64,000 bases of DNA from a virus, in the IMG/VR virus record IMGVR_UViG_3300036801_000174, positions 1 to 64,000 of that record, one strand, 5' to 3'. Below are positions 46,235-54,477 of the stretch, piece after piece. The translations under genes were made by a program, and so were the position numbers. The first letter of the stretch is position 1. Every line of letters starts with the position of its first letter. The notes under the pieces are model-generated. The model did no database searches. It saw nothing but the letters and a program-made list of their open reading frames with translations, and had not been told where the DNA came from.

Positions 46235-46506
46235 GACGCACGCCCCTTCCTCGGTGCGAACGGGAAGACGTTGGACGCCGGCGAGATGGGCGTGATGCCG
46301 ATGCCGGAGGGGAGTTTGGTGCGGCCCCGGCGGGCGGAAGCCGCAGCAGCCATAGCCTCGCCCGTGCTCTCGTCGAGCCGGAGGACGCTGCGCCGGAAGG
46401 CTTCCACCTGGCCGCTGAGGACGTCCATCTGGTCGCGGAGGGCAGCGAGCTCGGAGGCGCGGGCTGCACAAGACGGGCAGCAAGGGGAGGGAGCGGGAGT
46501 GGTCAT
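46231..46506 (-). CDS. hypothetical protein
   Basis: ATGA coupling, coiled-coil. Confidence 0.55.
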   Translation of the reverse strand: MTTPAPSPCCPSCAARASELAALRDQMDVLSGQVEAFRRSVLRLDESTGEAMAAAASARRGRTKLPSGIGITPISPASNVFPFAPRKGRAS

Positions 46507-46676
46507 GACGCCGCCTCGGCGTGCTCGTCGCAGGTGCGAATGCGGCGGGAGACCGAGTCAACCCAGCGGCCGAGGGGGCCGCCATCCACGCTCGCGGTCT
46601 CCTCGAAGACGATCACGCAGCCGCAGGAAGCGGTGAAGGGCTCTGGCTCGGGGAGGCGAACGCGCTTGGTGGTCAT
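46503..46676 (-). CDS. small hypothetical protein
   Basis: GAGGT RBS, ATGA coupling. Confidence 0.55.
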   Translation of the reverse strand: MTTKRVRLPEPEPFTASCGCVIVFEETASVDGGPLGRWVDSVSRRIRTCDEHAEAAS

Positions 46677-46954
46677 GCCGACACCTCACAAACGGTTAGC
46701 TCGAGGTCCGGGTCGGCCGCTACGGCGCTGAGCCGGTCGTCAAGGTCCGCGCGGCCGTAGCACGTGCGGAAGGCTGAGGAGCCGAGAGTCAGCGGGTTGA
46801 TGCGCTGCCCGGTCTTGCTCGTGACCTCGACCATGTGGCTGACGTCGAGCACAGAACCGTGGACGTCGTGACGGCAAGCGGGGCACCAGAAGACAACTGG
46901 GCCACCGTCGAGCGGGATGCAGCAGGAAGGGCAGACGGTCTGGGCGGGAGTCAT
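46673..46954 (-). CDS. zinc-ribbon protein
   Basis: CPSC..CPAC; ATGA coupling. Confidence 0.55.
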   Translation of the reverse strand: MTPAQTVCPSCCIPLDGGPVVFWCPACRHDVHGSVLDVSHMVEVTSKTGQRINPLTLGSSAFRTCYGRADLDDRLSAVAADPDLELTVCEVSA

Positions 46955-47133
46955 GACGCGATCTCCGTCTCCTGCAGTTCGCCGACAAGTTCGGGGAGCT
47001 CGGGGAGCGTCTTCTTGAGCGAGTCGTTCACGAGGCGCCAGACGTGGCCGCCGCGGATGGCGGCTGTCAGGCGCAGGCGCTTAGCGACGTCTGGCTCAAG
47101 CCAGGTGCCCAGCGGGACGGTGCCGTTTGCCAC
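46951..47133 (-). CDS. small ribbon-helix-helix-like DNA-binding protein, first gene of transfer operon
   Basis: GGGAG RBS; beta-helix-helix pattern. Confidence 0.5.
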   Translation of the reverse strand: MANGTVPLGTWLEPDVAKRLRLTAAIRGGHVWRLVNDSLKKTLPELPELVGELQETEIAS

Positions 47134-47291
47134 GCGCTCGCTCCCTTGCTATCTAGCGATCTCCAGTGCTGGATTGCTATACGCTCACTGTGCCACCATG
47201 CGCGTAAGGTTGTCAAGCGGGACATCCCTAAGCTGGTGAGGTACCGTGTCCGCTAAGCGCACGTAGCCGCACATGGTGCTAAAGGGGACGC
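47134..47291. promoter_or_regulatory. divergent promoter/operator region
   Basis: minus-strand TTGACA-N18-CACAGT (47216-47187); CACCATGCGCG vs CGCACATGGTG inverted pair. Confidence 0.6.
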
Positions 47292-47708
47292 ATGAGCATC
47301 GGGCCGTCGTACCAGCTGGTGGCCGATGACATCTGCGCCCAGATCACCTCAGGCCGCCTGGCAGTAGGCAAGCCGATCCCGTCAACGCGCGAACTCATGG
47401 CCCAGTACAAGGTGTCCAGCACCGTCGCGCGCCATGCCGTGGAAGTCCTCAAGGACGCTGGCGTGCTCGACGGCCACCCCGGGAAAGGCGTCTACGTCAA
47501 GGCCCTCCCCAAGCAGGCCGCAGCGGAGCGGGCCGACGCGCAGGCGCTGGCAAAGGAAGTCGCCGAGTTCCGCGACGAGGTCGATGAGCGCTTCGCCGAG
47601 ATCTACCGGCGGATGGGCTGGGATGAGCACAGCCAGGAAGGACAACACGATGAGCAGCGACACAACGGGCGTCGTCTCCCTGGCGCTGCGGGAGGCCTAC
47701 AAGCCTGA
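47292..47708 (+). CDS. GntR-family repressor (KorA/KorSA-like)
   Basis: YQLVADDI..I.SG.L..G..IPS..EL..YKVS..VARHAV..L..G..PGKGVYV. Confidence 0.85.
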   Translation: MSIGPSYQLVADDICAQITSGRLAVGKPIPSTRELMAQYKVSSTVARHAVEVLKDAGVLDGHPGKGVYVKALPKQAAAERADAQALAKEVAEFRDEVDERFAEIYRRMGWDEHSQEGQHDEQRHNGRRLPGAAGGLQA

Positions 47709-48441
47709 CTTCCGCTCCCTGGCATCCGGGCAGGTCCGCGCGACCAGGGAGAAACTCGGTTTAGACCATGAAGAGTTCGCCGCTCACCTGACAAGCATGC
47801 TGGGCTGGGCGGTGCAGCCTGGCGTCGTCGCCCGCTGGGAACGGGGCGAAGGCACGCCGCCCGGCGACGTGGTCAAGGCCGCAGAGGTGGCAGCACAGTC
47901 AGGACCGGACGACCCTGAGCCCAGTGGCGTCATGCCCTACGCCGACCGGGGCCTGATCTCCCGCCAGCAGTGGAACGGGATGATCGCCGGGTCGCAGGAG
48001 TTCTTGTGGCTGTACGGGATGGCCGAGCTCGGGTACGCCGAAGACGACGAGACCCCGGTCATCATCAGCGCGGCGGCAGAGGCCGGGTGCGAGGTGCGGG
48101 TGCTGCTGCTCGACCCCGCCTACCCGGGGATACCGGACATCGACGCGGCCGAAGGCAACCCGCCCGGGACGCTTGCGGCGAGGATCGGGGCCTCCCTGGC
48201 GCGGTTCTCGCGGATCCGGCAGGCCAGCGGCGGCCAGATGCAGCTGCGGGTCTACGGCACCCACCCGACCGTGAGCGTGGTGCGCGGCGATGACGAGATG
48301 CTGATCACCCACTACATGCGGTCGTTCGCCGGGTCCAACAGCCCGACGATCGGCGCGACGGCTTCGTCGGCGCCGCGGATGTTCGCGCGCTACGCTCGCC
48401 ACTTCGCTGCGGCATGGGACGGCGCGAGGGAGGCGGCGTGA
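47650..48441 (+). CDS. XRE HTH plus DUF5919-like domain protein
   Basis: N-terminal HTH (VARWERGE); VRVLLLDP..LRVY..SVVRGDDEMLITHY..G.NSP. Confidence 0.75.
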   Translation: MSSDTTGVVSLALREAYKPDFRSLASGQVRATREKLGLDHEEFAAHLTSMLGWAVQPGVVARWERGEGTPPGDVVKAAEVAAQSGPDDPEPSGVMPYADRGLISRQQWNGMIAGSQEFLWLYGMAELGYAEDDETPVIISAAAEAGCEVRVLLLDPAYPGIPDIDAAEGNPPGTLAARIGASLARFSRIRQASGGQMQLRVYGTHPTVSVVRGDDEMLITHYMRSFAGSNSPTIGATASSAPRMFARYARHFAAAWDGAREAA

Positions 48442-49028
48442 CGCTCACTAGGGACCACGGTTGCGTTATGAGCATGCAGGACGCCGAGATCGCGGACACC
48501 GAAGTGCTGCTCGACGGGCCCAAGCGGTTCGTCCGCCAGGCCCTGGTGATGCCGGACGGGGAGAAACTCGACTGGTACTACCAGGACACCCCCGCCAGCG
48601 TGATGGTCGTCCCGGTACTGCCCGGCGGCCAGTTCGTGATGGTGTACCAGTACCGATGGAATTTGCGTCACTATGCGCTGGAGTTCCCGGCCGGTGAGGT
48701 CGCGCCAGGGGAGACGCTCGAGGTGGCGCTCAAGCGGGAGCTCGCCGAGGAGACCGGGTTCGCTCTCGGCGAGGGCGGGACGATGAAGCAGCTGGGCTCG
48801 TTCTACAGCCTGCCTTCCGAGACGAACAAGGTGACCCACGTTTTCCTGGCACGGCCCGTGGTATCGGCCGGGCCGGCCCGCAAGGACGACGAGATCGAGA
48901 AGTATTTCAACCTGACGGTGCATATCACAGCGCCAGGTCTGGCCATGGCACAGATCGGGAAGTCGGTTGCGGGGACCGAGACCATCACCGCGCTGATGCT
49001 GGCCAGGGACGCTATGGGGCGGGAGTAG
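48438..49028 (+). CDS. Nudix hydrolase
   Basis: Nudix box GEVAPGETLEVALKRELAEETG; GTGA-coupled. Confidence 0.9.
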   Translation: MTLTRDHGCVMSMQDAEIADTEVLLDGPKRFVRQALVMPDGEKLDWYYQDTPASVMVVPVLPGGQFVMVYQYRWNLRHYALEFPAGEVAPGETLEVALKRELAEETGFALGEGGTMKQLGSFYSLPSETNKVTHVFLARPVVSAGPARKDDEIEKYFNLTVHITAPGLAMAQIGKSVAGTETITALMLARDAMGRE

Positions 49029-49037
49029 CCTGCGGGC

Positions 49038-49268
49038 ATGGACAGCGGCGATCACTTCGCAGACCCGCAGGAGGTGGCTCACGCCTGCGCCTGCACCATG
49101 GCCAAGGCGGTGGGCCAGCTGGCTGGCCCCGGCGACGGGGAGATCGTCGTCATCCTGCGGGCCAGCGTGGACATGGACGGGGCCTCTGAGAGCGATCTGT
49201 TCTACTCATGGGACTGGTTCTGGCGGCCGAAGACGGAGAAGGCCGCAGGTGGCAAGGGGCTAGCCTGA
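49038..49268 (+). CDS. hypothetical protein, leaderless
   Basis: TAGCCT-N6-ATG. Confidence 0.55.
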   Translation: MDSGDHFADPQEVAHACACTMAKAVGQLAGPGDGEIVVILRASVDMDGASESDLFYSWDWFWRPKTEKAAGGKGLA

Positions 49269-49338
49269 AAGTGGCCGGGACCATCTCGGTGCTGCAGCTG
49301 GCGCGGGATGCGCTGGGGCGCGAGTAGCCTGCCTGAGC

Positions 49339-49686
49339 ATGAGCGATACGGCCGAGCACGTCAGGGGGTTCATCTGCCGCTGCGGCGACGAGAACGCCAG
49401 CGCGGACGCCCTGATGGCCGAAGTCCGCGCCCGGCTCGCCGAGGGCAGCGTGCACCAGATCCCGCAGCCGGTCACCGACACCAACTTCATCACCCGCGTG
49501 GTCTGCTCGCTGGAATGGGACTACGGCGCCTATATCACCGGCATCCTTAACGACCAGTGGTCTGCCGTGACCGCGCAGGACCGCGGCGGGCTGAGCGTGC
49601 TCATTGAGTGCGACGACGTGGAAGACGGCTTCGCAGCCGTGTGGAAAGCGTTCGCTGACCGGAAGCCGGACATCCCTGCTCGCTGA
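49339..49686 (+). CDS. hypothetical protein
   Basis: TAGCCT-N8-ATG, 115 aa. Confidence 0.6.
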   Translation: MSDTAEHVRGFICRCGDENASADALMAEVRARLAEGSVHQIPQPVTDTNFITRVVCSLEWDYGAYITGILNDQWSAVTAQDRGGLSVLIECDDVEDGFAAVWKAFADRKPDIPAR

Positions 49687-49730
49687 CTCCGCCCCTGGAC
49701 CTCGCGCCCCTCGCGGGTGACAATCCGGAT

Positions 49731-49931
49731 GTGCACCATCCCTTCTGGGTTGTCCTGCTCATCGGCGGATCCACCTTTGGGTGGATTTTCAAGCGGATGA
49801 AGTATGCCTGGGAAGACCACATCGGCGCGAAGATCCGGTTAAAGAACGCCAAGCGGGAACGGCGGAGGGCTGCGTTATGGGCCCTGGCGTTCGGGGTGGC
49901 GGGGCTGCTGATCCTTCACGTGCTGCTCTGA
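49731..49931 (+). CDS. small two-TM membrane protein
   Basis: GACAAT-N6-GTG; two hydrophobic segments. Confidence 0.55.
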   Translation: MHHPFWVVLLIGGSTFGWIFKRMKYAWEDHIGAKIRLKNAKRERRRAALWALAFGVAGLLILHVLL

Positions 49932-50060
49932 CCTGGCGCCGTCCAGTTGCCCGGCAACAGCATCAGCGAGGACAGCCTGCCGTGTGGGCACCCGCCTGCC
50001 GGCGATGTAGTACCAGGGCCGGAGCTTCAGCCAGCGTGAGGGAAGCCGGTCCGGGCGCAC

Positions 50061-50327
50061 CTAGGCCGTGGGCAGCGCGGCCGGGTGCGGGACGTAGCCG
50101 AGATGCTCCTGGCACTGGCAGCCGTCGGCCGGGCCCCATGACGGGCACAGGTTCCCGTAGTCGCCGTAGTGGCCGCAGGGCATGTTCATCGGGCGCGTGA
50201 TGCCGCAGCCGCAGCGGTCGTCGTGGAACGCCTCGGCGCGCTTGCCGCAGGTGGCGCAGGCGAGGAACGGGTTCGCTGGCGTGATCACCAGATGGGTGTG
50301 CGTATGGGTCAGGGTGGTCACGGTCAT
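50061..50327 (-). CDS. Cys/His-rich small protein
   Basis: CAGAAT-N6-ATG; multiple CxxC/CxC. Confidence 0.55.
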   Translation of the reverse strand: MTVTTLTHTHTHLVITPANPFLACATCGKRAEAFHDDRCGCGITRPMNMPCGHYGDYGNLCPSWGPADGCQCQEHLGYVPHPAALPTA

Positions 50328-50488
50328 AGGCCAATTCTGCCATCACACGCAGCCGCCGGGCTGATGCACACGGTGTTGCCGTGGGCGTGGCTCGCGGCGG
50401 TTTTGAAACTCGCCGCGCCGCCGCGAGCTAGCGAGCGGCGGAGACGTTAACTTCCTCCGTTAGGTACGTCGTTGGTTACTACGTTGGG

Positions 50489-50591
50489 CGGAACTGACTA
50501 CCGGGTGCTGGCGGTAACCACTTCCGCGACGTACCGGTAATGACTTCCGGGTGCTGGCGGTAGTGAGTTCCGGTACCGGTAATGAGTTCCG
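50489..50591. repeat. five 15-bp iterons, putative replication origin
   Basis: CGGTA(A/G)NNA(C/G)TTCCG at 50512, 50535, 50558, 50577 plus an inverted copy at 50489. Confidence 0.75.
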
Positions 50592-50603
50592 CTAGCACGC
50601 TGG

Positions 50604-51203
50604 CTACCACTCGTCATGGCGGGCCTTCTTAAACAGGTCCCAGGCGCCGTCTCCGCCCCACCGGCCGTTCGCCGCTTCCCACATGCTCAGGCAGCTGCGG
50701 TCCTTCCTCGGCGGCGGGCAGAACGTGGCGGCAGGGAGCCGCCAGCGCACCTGCCGGTTGCCGGTCTCGGGACTGATGACGGGGTGGCCATCCTTGCCCA
50801 GCAGGAAGGTGTTGCATGGCTGCGGGTTGAACTTCTTCTGGCACTGCTGGCAGGTGAACCTGCCACCGTGGGGGCCGAGGATCGGGAAGCCGCGCCAGTG
50901 GTCGGGTATTACGAGTTCGTACAGGTCCGCCGTCCGGTGATCACCGGTCCAGGCGCTCGGGAGGCCGCGGACCGCCATGCCTGCACCGCGCATGAAGTGC
51001 CACGCCTCGCGGACTGTCTTCTCGCTGAGCCCTGTCTGCCGCGCCAGCCGCTCGTTGCCCGGGTAGATCTCCTCACCGTCAGCCACGCCGTACTGCGCGG
51101 CCTGGTAAGCGACAAGCTTGATCGACGGCTCGACTAAGAGCGCGCCGACCAGGACGTTCCAGCGCGCGACGAAAAGCCTGTCCTCGTCATCTGGCGTGAT
51201 CAT
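50604..51203 (-). CDS. HTH replication initiator-like protein
   Basis: IYPGNERLARQTGLSEKTVREA winged HTH; adjacent iterons. Confidence 0.65.
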   Translation of the reverse strand: MITPDDEDRLFVARWNVLVGALLVEPSIKLVAYQAAQYGVADGEEIYPGNERLARQTGLSEKTVREAWHFMRGAGMAVRGLPSAWTGDHRTADLYELVIPDHWRGFPILGPHGGRFTCQQCQKKFNPQPCNTFLLGKDGHPVISPETGNRQVRWRLPAATFCPPPRKDRSCLSMWEAANGRWGGDGAWDLFKKARHDEW

Positions 51204-51323
51204 GGTGCTCCGTGGACAACAGAGTTGACACGGCTTACCATCAAGGTGCTCCTTGACTTAGCGGGGCAGCGTGGGGCCGGGAATCGTTAGCCAGCGATCC
51301 GGCCCTGCTGCATGTCTGGGCAA

Positions 51324-51521
51324 TTACTTGGCCTTGCGGTCCCGGATCCTCTTGATGTACTCGTCGGTCCAGTGGGCATACCTGCCGATGCGCCCCGGGG
51401 AGCGCCCGGCGTCCAGTGCCTCGTAGATCGCGGCCATCAGATCGGCGCGGCCAGTGTCCATCCGCTTGCGTGCCCGTTCGATGCGCCTGTCCAGGTCATC
51501 GGGCTCCATGTCGTCGGTCAT
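51324..51521 (-). CDS. small HTH-like protein
   Basis: TACAGT-N7-ATG; IYEALDAGRSPGRIGRYAHWTDEYIKRI. Confidence 0.55.
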   Translation of the reverse strand: MTDDMEPDDLDRRIERARKRMDTGRADLMAAIYEALDAGRSPGRIGRYAHWTDEYIKRIRDRKAK

Positions 51522-51579
51522 GGCCAACACTGTATCAAACTTGGTTGCGACAGTGTTGGGATAGTGCTACGTTGATTTC

Positions 51580-52350
51580 ATGACCGAGACACTTGCCGAA
51601 GTCCACGCCTGGGCATTACAGGCCGCCCTCGCCGAGTTCTGGCAGAACCCGCAGGCGAACCGGATCACGAGCCGGGTGCCGGGCCGGATCGCGGGCAGCG
51701 ATCATGACCAGCTAGTCCCTGAGGGCGTCAGCAATCCTTACTGGGAACTCGTCCGCCAGATGCCCTCGGACACCATTGGCGACCCGTGGCGCAAGATCCC
51801 CGGCCCGGACCCCTACTTTGGCGCGCTGGACGGCCGCTGCCTCGTGGACCGTCACTCGCTGTGCGGCATGTACTCCTGGGCGATCCCCTCGCCGGGCGAC
51901 ATCGCGTGGATCTCTGAGCGCCTGGACGGGAAGGGCATCGTTGAGCCGGGCGCGGGCAGTGGCTACTGGGCGTGGCAGCTCGTGCAGGCCGGCGTTGACA
52001 TCGTGGCTTATGAGCCGGTCGCCCCGGAGGACAACAAGTTCGTGACCGGCCCTCAGTGGCATCCGGTCCTGCCCGACGACCACGGCGTGACTGCGCAGCA
52101 CCCGGACCGCTCCCTGCTGCTGTGCTGGCCGTCCTACAGCGAGCCATGGGCCGCATGGTCACTGGCCGCCTACAAGGGGGACCAGCTTTTCTACATCGGT
52201 GAGGGACCGGGTGGCTGCTGCGCCGATGAGGAGTTCTTCAGCCTGCTTGACGCCGAGTGGGAGGAAGCCGGGGACTGCCCGGCGCATGTCAGCTACTCCT
52301 GCATTCACTGCTACCTGACCGAGTACCGCCGAAAGTCAGCAGGCCAGTGA
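51580..52350 (+). CDS. class I SAM-dependent methyltransferase-like protein
   Basis: YSWAIP, IVEPGAGSGYWA, LLLCWP, YIGE motifs; TACGTT-N6-ATG. Confidence 0.7.
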   Translation: MTETLAEVHAWALQAALAEFWQNPQANRITSRVPGRIAGSDHDQLVPEGVSNPYWELVRQMPSDTIGDPWRKIPGPDPYFGALDGRCLVDRHSLCGMYSWAIPSPGDIAWISERLDGKGIVEPGAGSGYWAWQLVQAGVDIVAYEPVAPEDNKFVTGPQWHPVLPDDHGVTAQHPDRSLLLCWPSYSEPWAAWSLAAYKGDQLFYIGEGPGGCCADEEFFSLLDAEWEEAGDCPAHVSYSCIHCYLTEYRRKSAGQ

Positions 52351-52411
52351 ACGCCATCCTCCGTGAAGCCCTGTCGGACCTGCGCGAGAAGATCGAGAAG
52401 GAGAGCAAGCC

Positions 52412-52663
52412 ATGAGCACCATCACCCGCAAGCCGTCCAAGCCCTGGCGCGTCGAGGGCAACACATCCCCCGTTGACTGCACCAGCAAGGCCGATGCCTA
52501 TGAGGTCGTCTCGGCGCTGGCCAAGGCTGGCGTCAGGACCGTCGTGCATCAGTGGATAAGCGGCTGCTGGGTGCTGTACGAGATCGCCGAGCCCGGCCTG
52601 ACCGCCAAGACCTCCCGGTACCCAGACACCAAGGAGAACGACGATGCCACTTCCGGTCGCTAG
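52412..52663 (+). CDS. hypothetical protein
   Basis: AAGGAG RBS. Confidence 0.55.
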   Translation: MSTITRKPSKPWRVEGNTSPVDCTSKADAYEVVSALAKAGVRTVVHQWISGCWVLYEIAEPGLTAKTSRYPDTKENDDATSGR

Positions 52664-53114
52664 CAGCGACGGCCTCACCATCCCCGCCGGGGACTTCAAC
52701 GACGACGGCCTGGCCGTGATCATCCTTCAGGGGGGCCGCTACGGCGGTGACTGGACCGTTCACGCCATGATCGACGGCGACAGTCTCGGCGAGTTCAGCA
52801 CCGAAGTGGACGCCCGGCGCAAGGCCGAACTGCAAACTGATCCCGGCTACCCGGACCGCGCCATCGAGACCGCATTCATCTGGCTCATGGGTGAGGCGAA
52901 GCGGCAGGGCATGCGCGTGGTCTTCTTCGAGTGCCTGAACAGCCGCTACGACGCGGAAAGCCGTCCGTACTTCTGCGCCGCGCAGGCACTGGTCGCCAGT
53001 GCGGCATTCACCCCGGAGGCCGGTGTCACTTACGCCGACGAGATGACCCTTGACGCGGTCATGGGCTACGCCACGGCCCCCGCTGACACCGGGTCCACAT
53101 CCTCTCCGGGATAG
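52644..53114 (+). CDS. hypothetical protein
   Basis: AAGGAG RBS, 156 aa. Confidence 0.6.
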   Translation: MPLPVASSDGLTIPAGDFNDDGLAVIILQGGRYGGDWTVHAMIDGDSLGEFSTEVDARRKAELQTDPGYPDRAIETAFIWLMGEAKRQGMRVVFFECLNSRYDAESRPYFCAAQALVASAAFTPEAGVTYADEMTLDAVMGYATAPADTGSTSSPG

Positions 53115-53160
53115 CCCGTACCACCATCGGCGAGATACTGAAGAAGGCGAGCGAGCAGCA

Positions 53161-53436
53161 ATGAAGATCACCGTCACGACAACGCCAGCCGAACTGATGG
53201 ACCGCGGCTGCTGGGATGCCGCCTGCGCAATGCTCGGCTTCAGCCCGCTGATCGTCAGCGAAGGCCAGATGGGCTCCGACTGCTCCATGATCCTTTCCGA
53301 GGCGCAAGCATGGAGGCTCGGGCTCATGCCATTCCGGCCCGGCCTAGAAGCTGAGCTTGAGGTCAACCACCTCGACGGCGATCCGACGAACAACGACCCC
53401 GGCAACCTTGAGCTACGGGAACGGGAGCAGTCATGA
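53161..53436 (+). CDS. hypothetical protein with C-terminal HNH-like motif
   Basis: ends EVNHLDGDPTNNDPGNLELR. Confidence 0.55.
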   Translation: MKITVTTTPAELMDRGCWDAACAMLGFSPLIVSEGQMGSDCSMILSEAQAWRLGLMPFRPGLEAELEVNHLDGDPTNNDPGNLELREREQS

Positions 53437-53708
53437 GCACCGACGACAAGATCACGGTCCCGGTAATCCAAGTCGTGATGCTGGCCGTCGCAGCCCTCAA
53501 CGGCCGCAAACTCGACTACGTGCCAGACGCCATCTGGCGTGAACTGCCGGACGCCTGGAAGGGCGAGCTCAACCGCATCCGCACAGCCAGCGCCCGGGAG
53601 CCCTTGCTGACCACCCACGGCGGCAAGGTCGTTGACGCACGCGAGAACTACGCCCCCAGCAATCTGAGGTGGCAGGACCGCAGCGACCCGGAAGAGAGCA
53701 AGCGATGA
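53433..53708 (+). CDS. hypothetical protein
   Basis: ATGA coupling. Confidence 0.55.
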   Translation: MSTDDKITVPVIQVVMLAVAALNGRKLDYVPDAIWRELPDAWKGELNRIRTASAREPLLTTHGGKVVDARENYAPSNLRWQDRSDPEESKR

Positions 53709-53899
53709 GCCCCAAGGTCGACAGCCAGACTCCCGCATGGGTCCTGGACATCGTCACCGAGCAGATCGGCCGCGGTGAGCAGATGCTCATAGACCACATG
53801 CTGGAGACCGGCGAGGACGTCTCCGACACCGCGCTGTGGATTCACCGCCGGAGCCAGTTCCTGAGCCTTCTGGCTCAGCGGGCGATGGCACCGCGATGA
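53705..53899 (+). CDS. hypothetical protein
   Basis: ATGA coupling. Confidence 0.5.
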   Translation: MSPKVDSQTPAWVLDIVTEQIGRGEQMLIDHMLETGEDVSDTALWIHRRSQFLSLLAQRAMAPR

Positions 53900-53930
53900 C
53901 CCAGGACCAGGAGAGCGCCGAGGAGAAGAG

Positions 53931-54212
53931 ATGAGCGAGCCTGAAGCAGCCGCGAACGAGCCGACCGAGGCTCCCCAGGGCGCCCGGTGCCCTTCAACCT
54001 CGAGGGCAGGGCGCTACCGCTACCCGGCCGGCGTGCAGTACGTCGGCGTGCAGTGCAAGTTCACCGAAGGCCACGAAGGTGATCACGCGGCAGACGGGGA
54101 GAATAGCCGCGGCGATGTGTTCTGGTCGCAGGACTCTGCCCCGGAGGCGCGGGAGTGGGCCCCGACCGCCCGCGAACAGGTAGACCGTGCCATGCCCCGT
54201 TCGGCCGAATGA
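53931..54212 (+). CDS. hypothetical protein
   Basis: AGGAG RBS; C..C..GHEGDH motif. Confidence 0.55.
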   Translation: MSEPEAAANEPTEAPQGARCPSTSRAGRYRYPAGVQYVGVQCKFTEGHEGDHAADGENSRGDVFWSQDSAPEAREWAPTAREQVDRAMPRSAE

Positions 54213-54333
54213 AACTTGCAATGCTTAATTCATCGCGAATTGCAATTGCGAAATACTACCTAAAGGCCATAGGCATTTCCTCCCGCACGGGCAATACTGC
54301 ATTGCGGCGGCACAACTCCCGGGAGGAACAACA

Positions 54334-54477
54334 ATGCGCAAACTCCGGGCCATAGCCGCCCCTGTCCTTGCTGCCGGTTTTCTTGCCGGTGCTCTCGCCA
54401 CCGTCGTGCCAGCCATCACATCGGCTCCGGCTGCGGTCGCGGCCGTCGCCGCGCCTGCGGTACACCTGCACTCATGA
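54334..54477 (+). CDS. 47-aa secreted peptide precursor
   Basis: GGGAGG RBS; MRKLRAIAAPVLAAGFLAGALATVVPAITSAPAAVAAVAAPAVHLHS; signal-peptide shape. Confidence 0.65.
   Translation: MRKLRAIAAPVLAAGFLAGALATVVPAITSAPAAVAAVAAPAVHLHS

Noticed and set aside
50489-50591. Regularly spaced repeats as a mini CRISPR array
   Set aside because: 15-bp units with 4-8 bp spacers that themselves repeat, no cas genes; fits iterons
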